Positions 19,359-29,302 of a stretch of DNA of 64,000 bases are shown here, piece after piece. The notes below the pieces were generated by a model. The model did not search any database, was not told where the DNA came from, and saw only the letters and a program-made list of their open reading frames with translations. The stretch comes from Nitrososphaeria archaeon (GTDB lineage: Archaea; Thermoproteota; Nitrososphaeria; Geothermarchaeales; JDFR-13). How positions within the stretch are numbered: the stretch's first letter is position 1; the number at the start of each line of letters is the position of its first letter. Made by a program: the position numbers and the translations under genes. The stretch is taken from contig JALWXN010000004.1 in the NCBI GenBank assembly GCA_027078545.1, positions 896,001-960,000 on the forward strand, written 5' to 3'.

Positions 19359-20435
19359 TTGGCCTCCCGGGGGATGGGGCCCTTGCTAAACACGGTCTTC
19401 AACAAACAGGTATTCAGACCCGGCGAGACGATAAAGGCATACATAACGTTGAATATCCCCGACAGGATAGAGGTGGAGTATGGCCAGCTAGATCTTAAAT
19501 ATATCTTCCGATCCCGGGAGGTCGACGGAGGGTTCAAGAAGATCTATATCGATGAGAGCCTAGGCTTCATGAAGCCCGGCCCCTACAACCCAGGCGTCTA
19601 TAGCTACAACGTGACATATACGATCCCCACCAACGTCCCCCCATCCTTCAGGGGGAGGATACTGGAGGGGGTGCTTCGATACGAATGTATAGTGAAGGCT
19701 AGGGGAGGCTTCTCACTCAGGAGGACGGGCGAACTCATCATCACCAAGGGGTATGAATCGCCTAGCCAGGAGACGCTATACTCCATCTCCTCAGGCGATA
19801 TACACCTCACCCTACTCCTCGACAGGCCGGTCAAGGGGAGGATACTGAGGGGTGTACTCACCATCGAGGAGGGTAGGGAGCTGGTCAGGAGGATATTCCT
19901 AGACCTATGTATCTACGAGGGCTACAGGGTGCAGAAACTCCTATTCCTGAAGAACTTCAGGGAGACGAGTAGATGTATAACGATCCACTCTATAGGGGTG
20001 GATAGGCGTGGAATGGGGAGCTACCCCTTCAGGGCCGACCTATCAAGGATGCTTGGGGGTAGGGCGATATATACAGCCCCCTATGCAGACGGCGATATCC
20101 GTTTCCAGACATACCTGAGGCTCAGGATGATAACAAGGGAGGGTATGAGGACATACTACCAGCCCATAGAGTGGTATCCATATGAGGAGAGTGAGGATAC
20201 CCAGGTAGAGACAGAGGTCCTCACCATGGAGGAGAGGATTAGGAGGGCGATCATAGAGTTTTTCGAGGTGAACCTAGAGGGGGACATCATAGATATCCAG
20301 GAATACCTTGAGGTGAAGGGCTTCAGCGTAAATATCCACATGCTGGAGAGGATGATCAGGGGGCTGATAGAGGAGGGCGTCCTACAGGAGGCCGATAACA
20401 ACCCGATACTGAAGAAATATAGGCTCAGGGGCTGA
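19359..20435 (+). CDS. Arrestin-fold (Spo0M/arrestin_N-like) protein with C-terminal winged helix
   Basis: F.PGETI.A.I.L; PGVYSY...YTIPTNVPPSF.G...LRY arrestin-N signature; second beta-sandwich; acidic linker; wHTH-like C-terminus (LERMIRGLIEEGVL). Confidence 0.6.
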   Translation: MASRGMGPLLNTVFNKQVFRPGETIKAYITLNIPDRIEVEYGQLDLKYIFRSREVDGGFKKIYIDESLGFMKPGPYNPGVYSYNVTYTIPTNVPPSFRGRILEGVLRYECIVKARGGFSLRRTGELIITKGYESPSQETLYSISSGDIHLTLLLDRPVKGRILRGVLTIEEGRELVRRIFLDLCIYEGYRVQKLLFLKNFRETSRCITIHSIGVDRRGMGSYPFRADLSRMLGGRAIYTAPYADGDIRFQTYLRLRMITREGMRTYYQPIEWYPYEESEDTQVETEVLTMEERIRRAIIEFFEVNLEGDIIDIQEYLEVKGFSVNIHMLERMIRGLIEEGVLQEADNNPILKKYRLRG

Positions 20436-21342
20436 GCCTCCTATAGACCGTATAGGCAAGGTAGCCATCCTGTACAGCGGTGCCCACACTCTTGAATATC
20501 GTCAGCTCATCACTAGACTCCCTACCAGCTACACGCCCAAGCAGGAGCTCCGAGAAGAGATGTACATCACCCCTGGATACCAGGCCCTCCCTAATAGCGA
20601 GTCCAACCTCACCCACTTCATAGAGGTCGGGACTATCTATGAACACCTTGTCAGCCGACGCCACTAGCCGTGGATCCAGCTCGGCACTATCCCTACCCAT
20701 ATAGCCCATACTAGCTATGTGCCTACCCCTAGGCGAGGAGTCTATAACAGGCTCACTACTCGTAGTAGCTGTGATGACCACCTCAGCTCTCTCCACGACC
20801 TCGCCTGGTGAGGACACTACATATGCCTCTACACCCCTCCTACCCAGCTCCTCAGCATACTTCACGGCCTTCCCAACCCTCCTGTTATGGAGATATACAC
20901 GCCTAACCCCTGGGAACCACTCTAGATGCATCTCTAGGCTCGCCCTCCCTATACGGCCCACCCCAATAAGCCCAATAGTCTCCGGCTCCCCGTAGAGCTC
21001 GATCGTCGATACTAGGGCCATACCAGCTGTACGTAGAACGGTTATAGAGACACCGTCGACGAGGCATAGCGGCTCCATAGACCCCAGGTCGTATACAAAG
21101 ACATATGCATTGAAGGGCCTACCGTCGAAGGGATAGTCCACAACCTTCAGCGTATAGACCCCATACTCCCTGATGTGGCATGGCATAGCCCCTAGGAAGC
21201 GTGACCCACCCTCTATCAGGAGCTCAGACCTGGGGGGCTGGTCGACACCCGGGTCTAGGAAGCCTCGGAACGCCCTGTACACAGACTCTACGACATCCCT
21301 GAGGGGTAGAGACTCAACCTCCTCCCTACCTATCACCCTCAT
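20425..21342 (-). CDS. Ornithine cyclodeaminase/mu-crystallin/alanine dehydrogenase family protein
   Basis: AMP, TVLRTAG, GLIGVGRIG, ITATTS..P, ELD, GRES..ELTIFKSVGTAVQD. Confidence 0.9.
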   Translation of the reverse strand: MRVIGREEVESLPLRDVVESVYRAFRGFLDPGVDQPPRSELLIEGGSRFLGAMPCHIREYGVYTLKVVDYPFDGRPFNAYVFVYDLGSMEPLCLVDGVSITVLRTAGMALVSTIELYGEPETIGLIGVGRIGRASLEMHLEWFPGVRRVYLHNRRVGKAVKYAEELGRRGVEAYVVSSPGEVVERAEVVITATTSSEPVIDSSPRGRHIASMGYMGRDSAELDPRLVASADKVFIDSPDLYEVGEVGLAIREGLVSRGDVHLFSELLLGRVAGRESSDELTIFKSVGTAVQDGYLAYTVYRRLSP

Positions 21343-22274
21343 GGCTCCTCTACACCCACATACTCCATGATTAGAGCCCTATACCTATCGGGATCCTCTA
21401 CATAGCCCATATACATGCCCTGACCACCTCCACCCCGGCCTCCACACTCACCCCTTATCCTAGCCTTAAGACCCTCTATATCCACACCAGAGCTGGCTAG
21501 GAAGACCCTATGCCTCTCGCCATCCCAGCTGAGTACCGAGAGGATATCTACTCCACGCTCATCCATAACGTGTCTAGCCCGGCTAGTAACCCTCTTCATA
21601 TCGAGGTGGGGAAGCTCTATAGCTAGGAGGCTATACCTACCCCTCAGCAACGGCCACCTCGAGAGGGCAGTGTCGACCACCATCCTCGAAGCCTTCTCCA
21701 ACCTATCCTCAAGCTCCTTAAGACCCTCTACACGGCTATAGAGATCCTCTAGGGACGAGCCTAGTAGGCGTGACATGCTATACATGTTGGAGGCGCTCTC
21801 AAGGGCATACTCGACGGCCCTCTCCCCAGTATAGAACTCCAGCTCATAGAGCCCGGAGCGGACCCTCCTAAGCAGCCTAGGTACCACTAGCCGTACTTCT
21901 GACGCCCTCTCCACATGAGGGTTTATACATGCCGAGGCGTCGTAGTCACCTATCCTGACCACCCTTATAAACTCCTTATCACCCAGCCTCTCCTCATATG
22001 CCCTGAGGCCGGGATACCTTGCCCTAGCCTCCTCAAGGCTCCCGAAGACCTCCACGTGGAACGGCAGGTCATCAGTGATAGCCCTGTTAGCCATCCTCGC
22101 AGCCTCCACAACAGTCTCCCAATCAATATCGCCGTCATACCTGAGGAACGCCTTGTCCACACCTGTATCTTCATGGACTACCCTCACCACCTTGAGCCCG
22201 GGCACTAGCTTGTATAGACTACCCACGAGGAGATGCTCCCCCGAGTGTCTAACCCTTATATCCCTGTTCTCCAC
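21339..22274 (-). CDS. alaX: Free-standing alanyl-tRNA editing protein (AlaX) with C-terminal DHHA1 domain
   Basis: HSGEH and C..PH zinc ligands, IRVVRIGDYD, GGRGGG DHHA1 tail. Confidence 0.85.
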   Translation of the reverse strand: MENRDIRVRHSGEHLLVGSLYKLVPGLKVVRVVHEDTGVDKAFLRYDGDIDWETVVEAARMANRAITDDLPFHVEVFGSLEEARARYPGLRAYEERLGDKEFIRVVRIGDYDASACINPHVERASEVRLVVPRLLRRVRSGLYELEFYTGERAVEYALESASNMYSMSRLLGSSLEDLYSRVEGLKELEDRLEKASRMVVDTALSRWPLLRGRYSLLAIELPHLDMKRVTSRARHVMDERGVDILSVLSWDGERHRVFLASSGVDIEGLKARIRGECGGRGGGGQGMYMGYVEDPDRYRALIMEYVGVEEP

Positions 22275-22348
22275 CTCGAGACACCCCGTGGGGACAAGCC
22301 ATTATAAACACCCCAAGCCGGAATAATTATTTTAACACGCTCCGAGGG

Positions 22349-25042
22349 GTGGTCATTATTGAATACAACCTCAGGATCGGCCTCGAGGTACACATCCCAC
22401 TCTCAACAGTAGAGACCAAGCTGTTCTGCACCTGCCCAAACCCGTTCAGACATCCTCCTGAGAGGCCTAACCAGTACGTATGCCCCACATGCCTAGGCCT
22501 ACCCGGAGCCCTACCCAGCCCCAATATGGAGGCTATTAGGAAGGCGATAATCCTAGCGAAGGCCCTGAAGATGGAGATACCCAGGAAGATACAGTTCTAT
22601 AGGAAGCATTATCTATACCCAGACCTACCCAAGGGATACCAGATAACCCAGTACATGGCTGGTGGAGACCTCCCAATAGGGATTAGGGGAGGGATGCTCT
22701 TCAGGGAGAGGTATATAGGGATAAGGAGGATACAGCTGGAGGAGGATCCAGCCAAGCTGGAGCACCCAGGGGGGCTAGGCGAGTCGAGCAGGACGCTTAT
22801 CGACTATAACAGGTCTGGCGCCCCACTGATAGAGCTTGTTACTGAGCCCGAGCTATACAGCCCTAGGGAGGCTAGGATATTCATAGAGGAGCTGACCAGA
22901 CTCCTGGTCACCACGGGCATAATAGCTGAGGATACACAGCCAAAGGTGGATGCAAACATATCTATCGAGGGTGGGCCTAGGGTAGAGATCAAGAACATAT
23001 CCTCCCCAAGGGATGTGGAGAAGGCCCTGAGCTACGAGGCAATGAGGATGGCTAGATACATGGAGCAGGGTGTAAGGATCAGACGGGAGACGAGGCACTG
23101 GGACGATAGGAGGAGGGTCACGATACCCCTTAGGGAGAAGGAGTATGAGGAGGAGTATAGATACATACCCGATCCCAACCTCCCACCGATAGACATATCC
23201 GACATGATAGCCGAGGTCGAGGAGCCGGAGACCCCCCTGAAGATCCTGGAGAGACTCATCAGGGATGGGGTCGATGTATACCCGGCCAAGATCATAGCCT
23301 CGGACAAGAGGCTCCTAAGAATCTACGAGGAGGCCTCGGAGGGTCTTGGTAAAAAGGCTAGGATGGAGCTGGCGAAGACACTTGTAAACGAGGCTAAACA
23401 CATGCTCAACACAGGGAAGACTGTGGAGGAGCTCATAGAGACTATGAAGCCCCTATACCAGCTGGTGGATAAGGGCATCATCACCCCGGCAGAGGCGAGG
23501 AAGAAGCTCCTAGGGAGGAGGGGGCTGAGACAGGCCGACACAGGGGAGATACTCAAGACGCTTGAGGAAGTCCTCAGAGAGGTGGATCCAAGTAGGAGGA
23601 GGAGCCTAGACTACGTGGTCGGCACCGTGCTCAGGAGGCTCAGGGAGAGGGGGCTCGACGCAGATCCAAGGATTATTGCTGAGTATGCCCGTGGAAAGAT
23701 CGAGACTGCTAGGAAGATAGAGGTTAGGAGGGCTAGGGCTGGAGGGGAGAGGGTGTATAAGGGCGCCGTGGAGGCCCCTAGGCCGCTGGATCCCAGCCAG
23801 CTACCCAGCCTGGTTGGCTCAGAGGCGGTCATAGGCGGCTGGATAGAGACTCGGGCATACGTGGGGGACAAACTATTCCTAAGGCTCAGGCATTGGAGGG
23901 GCACTATACAGGTGGTGGCCCATGGGGATATCCGGGCCTACCAATACCTGTCGAGCCTCCCGAGAGAGGCATACATAGTCGTTAGGGGAAGGGTAGTCAG
24001 GGACTCCAGAGCCCCAGGCGGGCTAGAGATCCACGCATCAGAGGTAATCCCCATAGGTACATCCACCGACCCACCAATGACGCTGATGGACCTGGCCAGG
24101 TCAAGTCTCCCAACCAGGGTCAGGCATAGATACCTAGACATTAGGAGGCGTAGGGTAAGGGCTGTCCTATACATAAGGGCGAGGCTACTAGAGATCGTTA
24201 GGAGCCTCCTAACCAGGAAGGGCTTCGTGGAGATACAGACACCCACGATAATAGCCTCGGCCACGGAGGGAGGGGCGGAGCTATTCCCACTGATATACTA
24301 TGGTAGGGAGGCCTTCCTAGCCCAGAGCCCCCAGCTATATAAACAGATGGCTATAAACGCCTTCGAGAAGGTCTTCGAGATCGATAGCTACTACCGCGCC
24401 CAGAAGTTCGACACCCCACGCCACCTAGCGGAGTTCTGGTCCCTAGACGTCGAGGTCGCCCACCATGGGCTGGATGATCTGATCAGCCTAGCCAGGGAGA
24501 TACTCCTAGAGATACATGGGACGCTCCCCTCAAAGGCGGGTGACGAGCTCATGCTCCTAGGGGTTGAACTTGAGCCAGGGCCTAGCTTCGCGGAGATGAG
24601 TTATGACGAGGCTGTGGAGATATCGGGGACGAGGTATGGCGAGGACATCTCTGCAGAGGCGTTGAGAGAGGTGTATAGGGAGGCGGGCGCTAGATACCTG
24701 TTCATAACCCACTGGCCAGAGGAGACCAGGGCCTTCTACTACCGCTCGATAGACGGTATAACCAAGAGCTTCGACCTCGTAGGACCCTTCACAGGGACGC
24801 CTATAGAGCTCGCCAGTGGCGGGGAGAGGATAAACAGCTATGACGAGCTCGTCAGGAGCATAAGGAGGAGGGGTCTGAGGGAGGAATCGTATGGATGGTA
24901 CCTAGAGATGTTTAGGTATGGAATGCCCCCACACGGAGGCTTCGGGCTGGGGATAGACAGGCTACTAGCATCCCTCCTAGGCCTCGACTCAGTGCTGGAG
25001 GCCACTCTAGTGCCCAGGACGCCCAAGTACTACATCCCATAG
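22349..25042 (+). CDS. gatB-aspS: Fusion: Asp/Glu-tRNA amidotransferase subunit GatB + archaeal-type aspartyl-tRNA synthetase
   Basis: N-half: IGLEVH, TKLFC, CPTCLGLPGALP, YPDLPKGYQITQY, LEED, DYNRSGAPLIE, DANIS, VEIKN, YRYIPDPNLP. C-half: OB fold, RHRYLDIR, ATEGGAELF, LAQSPQLYKQ, RHLAEF, GMPPHGGFGLGIDR. Single uninterrupted ORF of 897 aa. Confidence 0.93.
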   Translation: MVIIEYNLRIGLEVHIPLSTVETKLFCTCPNPFRHPPERPNQYVCPTCLGLPGALPSPNMEAIRKAIILAKALKMEIPRKIQFYRKHYLYPDLPKGYQITQYMAGGDLPIGIRGGMLFRERYIGIRRIQLEEDPAKLEHPGGLGESSRTLIDYNRSGAPLIELVTEPELYSPREARIFIEELTRLLVTTGIIAEDTQPKVDANISIEGGPRVEIKNISSPRDVEKALSYEAMRMARYMEQGVRIRRETRHWDDRRRVTIPLREKEYEEEYRYIPDPNLPPIDISDMIAEVEEPETPLKILERLIRDGVDVYPAKIIASDKRLLRIYEEASEGLGKKARMELAKTLVNEAKHMLNTGKTVEELIETMKPLYQLVDKGIITPAEARKKLLGRRGLRQADTGEILKTLEEVLREVDPSRRRSLDYVVGTVLRRLRERGLDADPRIIAEYARGKIETARKIEVRRARAGGERVYKGAVEAPRPLDPSQLPSLVGSEAVIGGWIETRAYVGDKLFLRLRHWRGTIQVVAHGDIRAYQYLSSLPREAYIVVRGRVVRDSRAPGGLEIHASEVIPIGTSTDPPMTLMDLARSSLPTRVRHRYLDIRRRRVRAVLYIRARLLEIVRSLLTRKGFVEIQTPTIIASATEGGAELFPLIYYGREAFLAQSPQLYKQMAINAFEKVFEIDSYYRAQKFDTPRHLAEFWSLDVEVAHHGLDDLISLAREILLEIHGTLPSKAGDELMLLGVELEPGPSFAEMSYDEAVEISGTRYGEDISAEALREVYREAGARYLFITHWPEETRAFYYRSIDGITKSFDLVGPFTGTPIELASGGERINSYDELVRSIRRRGLREESYGWYLEMFRYGMPPHGGFGLGIDRLLASLLGLDSVLEATLVPRTPKYYIP

Positions 25043-25051
25043 GTGGTGCAT

Positions 25052-26470
25052 ATGCTGAAGCTACTAGACCTCTTCGAGGCGGACGACCCGATAAGCCTGA
25101 GCGAGAAGTACTATGAAAGGTTAAAGAGATGGGAGGAGAGGATAAACATCTTCATAACACTGAGGGAGTGGGGGGAGATCCAGCTTGTCCACGAGCCTGG
25201 TAAGCCCCTCTCAGGAGGCCTGATACCCGTCAAGGACAACATATCAACAAGGGGGGTGAGAACCACCTGTGGAAGCAGGATACTCGAGAACTACATACCC
25301 CCCTATGACGCCTATGCCGTGGAGAGGCTGGGGGAGATAGGCCTAAAAGTGGTTGGGAAGACCAATATGGACGAGTTCGGGATGGGGAGCACCGGGGAGA
25401 ACAGCGGGTATGGACCGACACGTAATCCATGGAACACCAGCCACGTCCCCGGGGGAAGCAGCTCAGGGAGCGCAGCAGCTGTAGCGGTGGCTGGCGGGAC
25501 TTCCCTCGGGAGCGATACTGGTGGTAGTGTCAGGCTACCAGCTGCATACTGCTACGTACTGGGTTTGAAGCCGACATACGGCCTGGTGAGCCGCTACGGA
25601 CTAGTATCCTACGCCGATAGCCTGGAGCAGATCGGGATACTCGCTAGATACCCGGAGGACATGGCCTACATACTATACCACATATCCAAGCTCGATAAGA
25701 GGGACATGACCATGCCACGTACAGAGGATAGGGAGGAGCTTAGGGAGAGGCTTATAAACCTCTACACCGGAGGAGCCGATGGGCTGGAGGGGTTGAGGAT
25801 AGGCTACTCCCCAGAACTGATAGAGATGGCCGACGATGCCGTGGCGAGGGAGGCATACCGGGCGCTGAATAAGCTGGTCGAGCTGGGGGTAGAGACCCTT
25901 GAGATAGACCTGGGATTCATGGAGGCAGGCCTACCCACCTACTACGCCATAGCTATGGCCGAGGCATCCTCGAACCTGATGAGGTACGACGGCGTCCTAT
26001 ACGGCTACATGGAGAGGGAGGGGGAATACTGGAGCAGCGTATATAGGACACGGGCGCTGAGGCTTGGAGAGGAGGTTAAGAGGCGCATCGTCTACGGCTC
26101 CCTAATAACCTCTGCAGGCTACAGTGGGAGGTACTACATAAAGGCGCTCAGGATAAGGAGGTGGATAAGGGACATGATGATAGATAGGCTTAGGAGGGTC
26201 GACGCCGTGCTGATGCCAACATCACCATCCACACCGCCCAGGCTCGGCGAGGTTGAGGGTGTGGACATGTATGCCCTAGACCTATACACAGTGATACCCA
26301 ACCTAACAGGCCATCCAGCCATAAACATCCCAGCCGGATTCGTGGGCGGCCTACCAGTGGGGATACAGCTTGTAACCAGTTATTTCAACGACGACCTATT
26401 GATAAGGATCGCCAAGGGGCTCGAGGGAGTCCTATACGACCCTTCAAAGGAGGTGGATACCGATGGATAG
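25052..26470 (+). CDS. gatA: Asp/Glu-tRNA amidotransferase subunit A
   Basis: VKDNI, GKTNMDEFGMGS, PGGSSSGSA, GSDTGGSVR, SSNLMRYDG, EVKRRI. ATG 25052 follows a GGTGGTG SD (ORF track gives 25043). Confidence 0.95.
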   Translation: MLKLLDLFEADDPISLSEKYYERLKRWEERINIFITLREWGEIQLVHEPGKPLSGGLIPVKDNISTRGVRTTCGSRILENYIPPYDAYAVERLGEIGLKVVGKTNMDEFGMGSTGENSGYGPTRNPWNTSHVPGGSSSGSAAAVAVAGGTSLGSDTGGSVRLPAAYCYVLGLKPTYGLVSRYGLVSYADSLEQIGILARYPEDMAYILYHISKLDKRDMTMPRTEDREELRERLINLYTGGADGLEGLRIGYSPELIEMADDAVAREAYRALNKLVELGVETLEIDLGFMEAGLPTYYAIAMAEASSNLMRYDGVLYGYMEREGEYWSSVYRTRALRLGEEVKRRIVYGSLITSAGYSGRYYIKALRIRRWIRDMMIDRLRRVDAVLMPTSPSTPPRLGEVEGVDMYALDLYTVIPNLTGHPAINIPAGFVGGLPVGIQLVTSYFNDDLLIRIAKGLEGVLYDPSKEVDTDG

Positions 26471-26729
26471 GGAGGATGTGGAGAAGGCCTTAAGACTAGC
26501 CGGTATAGGGGACGACCCTGAGAAATATATTGAGCAGCTGGAGAAAGTGGAGAGGCTCTTCAGCCAACTCGACAAGTGGCTCGACGAGGCTCCTGAGAGG
26601 CCTCTCTACCATCCCCTCGACATCAATACAGAGCCAAGGAGGGACGAGCCCAAAACCAGCGACACTAGCACCTGGATAGAGGGGGATGAGGAGGGCTATG
26701 TAGAGGCCCCACCCCTAAGACGTAGATAG
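26463..26729 (+). CDS. gatC: Amidotransferase subunit C (GatC-like)
   Basis: 88 aa, overlaps the gatA stop; ...LRLA..., RRDEP, GYVEAP pattern typical of GatC. Confidence 0.75.
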   Translation: MDREDVEKALRLAGIGDDPEKYIEQLEKVERLFSQLDKWLDEAPERPLYHPLDINTEPRRDEPKTSDTSTWIEGDEEGYVEAPPLRRR

Positions 26730-27194
26730 GCTCCCCAAGAGACTCTCAACATACCCCTCCTTAACACCCTCGGATACGATGTTGAGTATGAGCCTAGTAT
26801 GGGTCCGGTCGACATACTCGATCCTCTGAACCTCCTTTATGAAGCTGTCCAGCTCACTCCTGGTGCGGAACCATGCATAGAGGGTTATGTCATACTCACC
26901 AGTAATGTCATACACGGCCTGGACATTAGGCATCGATGCCAGTCGCTCCTCAACCTCCCTCAGGAAGCCGCCCCTAACCTTCACATCGATCATCACTGGG
27001 AAGATGTATCCAAGCTTCTCCAGGTCGATATCCACGGTATACCTCCTAATAACCCCCATGTCCTCAAGCCTCTTCCTCCTCGCCTCCACAGTTCCCACGG
27101 AGACGCCCAGCCTCCTAGAGAGTTCACGGCTACTTATACGCCCCTCCCTCAGGAGGATCGAGAGGATCTTGAGGTCCAGCCTATCCAGCTCCAT
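26715..27194 (-). CDS. Lrp/AsnC family transcriptional regulator
   Basis: LDRLDLKIL..L..EGR.S.RELSRRLGVS..TV..R...LE..GVI; YDITGEYD RAM domain. Start refined to ATG 27194. Confidence 0.93.
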   Translation of the reverse strand: MELDRLDLKILSILLREGRISSRELSRRLGVSVGTVEARRKRLEDMGVIRRYTVDIDLEKLGYIFPVMIDVKVRGGFLREVEERLASMPNVQAVYDITGEYDITLYAWFRTRSELDSFIKEVQRIEYVDRTHTRLILNIVSEGVKEGYVESLLGSLSTS

Positions 27195-27339
27195 ATGTAT
27201 CTCTATATGCACCGCCCTACATAAACAAATGTCCAGTTTAGAGTCGACTAGATGGATGAACATTAAACATGTGTCTAGATCCGTTTTATGACTGACCCGT
27301 GAGAAGCTCTTTACATATACATCCATGGGGTGGTAATCC

Positions 27340-28743
27340 TTGGACGAGGTTGTCGAGAAGGTATTCGAGGATATGGAGCTGAACAAGGTGAGGTGGGTAA
27401 CACTCACCTTCACAGACCTAAGGGGCTACCAGAAACAGGTCACGATCAAGAGAAAGCCAGAGAAGGAGTGGCTCGAGAAGCTCTTCAAACGGGGGGTGGG
27501 GAAGCTTGACGGGAGCAGTATCGAGGGGTTCCAAGACATATCGGAGAGCGACCTGATGCTGAGGCCCGACCCCACGACCTACGCGATACTCCCGTGGGCC
27601 GGGGACACCGCCAGGCTAATATCCAACATATTGATCAGGGGTGAGGACTATCCAAAGGACCCCAGGGGAGCCCTAGCCAAGACCGTGGAGAAGATGGGTC
27701 CATACATACCATTGATGGGTGCAGAGGTAGAGTTCTTCATACTCAACGGAATATCCACGGTTGTCAACGACCTGGAATATACATTCCTGACAAGCCTGGA
27801 GACGCTCGAGGCACCAGTTACACAGGGATATCCCTACAGGCCGAAGACCGGGTACTACATGGAGTGGGGCCTCGACACTGTGATAGGCTTTAGGAGGAGG
27901 CTGGTAGAGGTGCTGGAGGGCTGGTTCGGGATGGAGGTCGAGAGCCACCACCACGAGGTGGCCATAGCTGGGCAGAGCGAGATAAACATCAGGTATGGAG
28001 ACCCCGTCTCCACGGCGGACAACGTGATGACCCTGAAATACGTGGCCCGTGTACTGGCTAGGGAGGAGTATGGGGGCATAACACCCCTCTTCATGCCTAA
28101 ACCCATACCTACCGATAACGGCTCAGGCCTACACATGCATATAAGCCTCGTGAGGGATGGTAGGAACATCTTCTACGACCCAGACGACGAGTATGCACAT
28201 CTAAGCCAGGAGGCCAGGTACTTCATAGGTGGGCTGCTCGAGCATGGACGGGCATTGTCAGCACTGGTCTCCCCAACAGTCAACAGCTACCATAGACTAG
28301 TCCCAGGCTACGAGGCACCGATATACCTGACATGGGGAAGGTCCAACAGGAGCGCGGCTGTCAGGGTACCATTCTACGACCCCGAGAGTAGGAATGCGAA
28401 GCTGGAGTATAGACCCCCAGACCCGTCATGCAACCCATACATAGCCATGGCAGGGATACTCGCGGCTGGCATGGACGGATTAAAGAAGAAGAGGGATCCA
28501 GGGCCACCGGTCGATGAGAACGTTTATAAAATGCCTAAGCAGAGGGTTAGGGAGCTGGGTATAAAGACCCTACCAGCCAGCCTACTAGAGGCTCTGGAGG
28601 AGCTGGAGAGCGACATGACATTCCTCGAGAAGTATATCCCGAGGGAGCTCCTAGAGAGCTATATAGAGCTCAAGAGGGAGGAGGCCAAGACACTGGCTAA
28701 GTACCCATCCCCCGCCGAGTTCCAGCTATACTCATCCCTATAG
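27340..28743 (+). CDS. glnA: Glutamine synthetase type I
   Basis: DGSSIEGF..I.ESDL, GAEVEFF, HHEVA..GQ.EI, FMPKP...DNGSGLHMH, NSYHRLVPGYEAP, NRSAAVRVP, EYRPPDP. Confidence 0.97.
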   Translation: MDEVVEKVFEDMELNKVRWVTLTFTDLRGYQKQVTIKRKPEKEWLEKLFKRGVGKLDGSSIEGFQDISESDLMLRPDPTTYAILPWAGDTARLISNILIRGEDYPKDPRGALAKTVEKMGPYIPLMGAEVEFFILNGISTVVNDLEYTFLTSLETLEAPVTQGYPYRPKTGYYMEWGLDTVIGFRRRLVEVLEGWFGMEVESHHHEVAIAGQSEINIRYGDPVSTADNVMTLKYVARVLAREEYGGITPLFMPKPIPTDNGSGLHMHISLVRDGRNIFYDPDDEYAHLSQEARYFIGGLLEHGRALSALVSPTVNSYHRLVPGYEAPIYLTWGRSNRSAAVRVPFYDPESRNAKLEYRPPDPSCNPYIAMAGILAAGMDGLKKKRDPGPPVDENVYKMPKQRVRELGIKTLPASLLEALEELESDMTFLEKYIPRELLESYIELKREEAKTLAKYPSPAEFQLYSSL

Positions 28744-28862
28744 CCGGCCTACCCACACACTTTTTAAACACTACATTCCTAGAGAGATCCCTGGGAAGCC
28801 TTATTTATAGAGTAGGCCCCGTATAATCTTGTTAGTCCACATCCAAGGAGTTGAAGGAGGAG

Positions 28863-29300
28863 ATGCCGAACGTATTCGTCTTCAACAGCCTGATGAGTAC
28901 CTACCGCCACCCCTGGCGAGAGAGCGTGGAGGACGGGAAGCTGAAGATACTGCTGGGGGCCTACAGGAGGAGCGTAGGCGTACTCGACGAGTACATAATA
29001 GTCTGGAAGAGGGACAGCTCCTACCCATACCTAGTCAGGGACCCCGAGGGCCTAGTAATAGGAGAGGTGATATTCGACGTACCCCAGGACGTTATAGGCG
29101 TCCTAGACGAGTATGAGATGAGTCCGAGGAAGAACTATAGGGTGGAGGAGCAGATACGCCTACCCGATGGACAGGTCGTAGACGCGTTTGTATATGTATG
29201 GAAGGGAGAGGACACCCATGAGAAGGATGAGGAGTTCAGGACACTCCTACCCGCGGATAAGATACCTGAGGAGCTGAAGAGCGAGGTAAAGACCGACTAG
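28863..29300 (+). CDS. Gamma-glutamylcyclotransferase (AIG2/GGACT-like) family protein
   Basis: VFVFNSLM, YP.L, GEV, LDEYE, Y.V......A.VYV. Confidence 0.7.
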   Translation: MPNVFVFNSLMSTYRHPWRESVEDGKLKILLGAYRRSVGVLDEYIIVWKRDSSYPYLVRDPEGLVIGEVIFDVPQDVIGVLDEYEMSPRKNYRVEEQIRLPDGQVVDAFVYVWKGEDTHEKDEEFRTLLPADKIPEELKSEVKTD

Positions 29301-29302
29301 AG

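Noticed and set aside
27200-27335. Lrp operator palindromes between lrp and glnA
   Set aside because: Only short 6-bp palindromes (GTCGAC, ACATGT, TCTAGA); no convincing repeated consensus
27195-27413. 73-aa N-terminal extension of the Lrp regulator in the ORF track
   Set aside because: Overlaps the glnA start and promoter; the Lrp fold begins at MELDRLD (27194)
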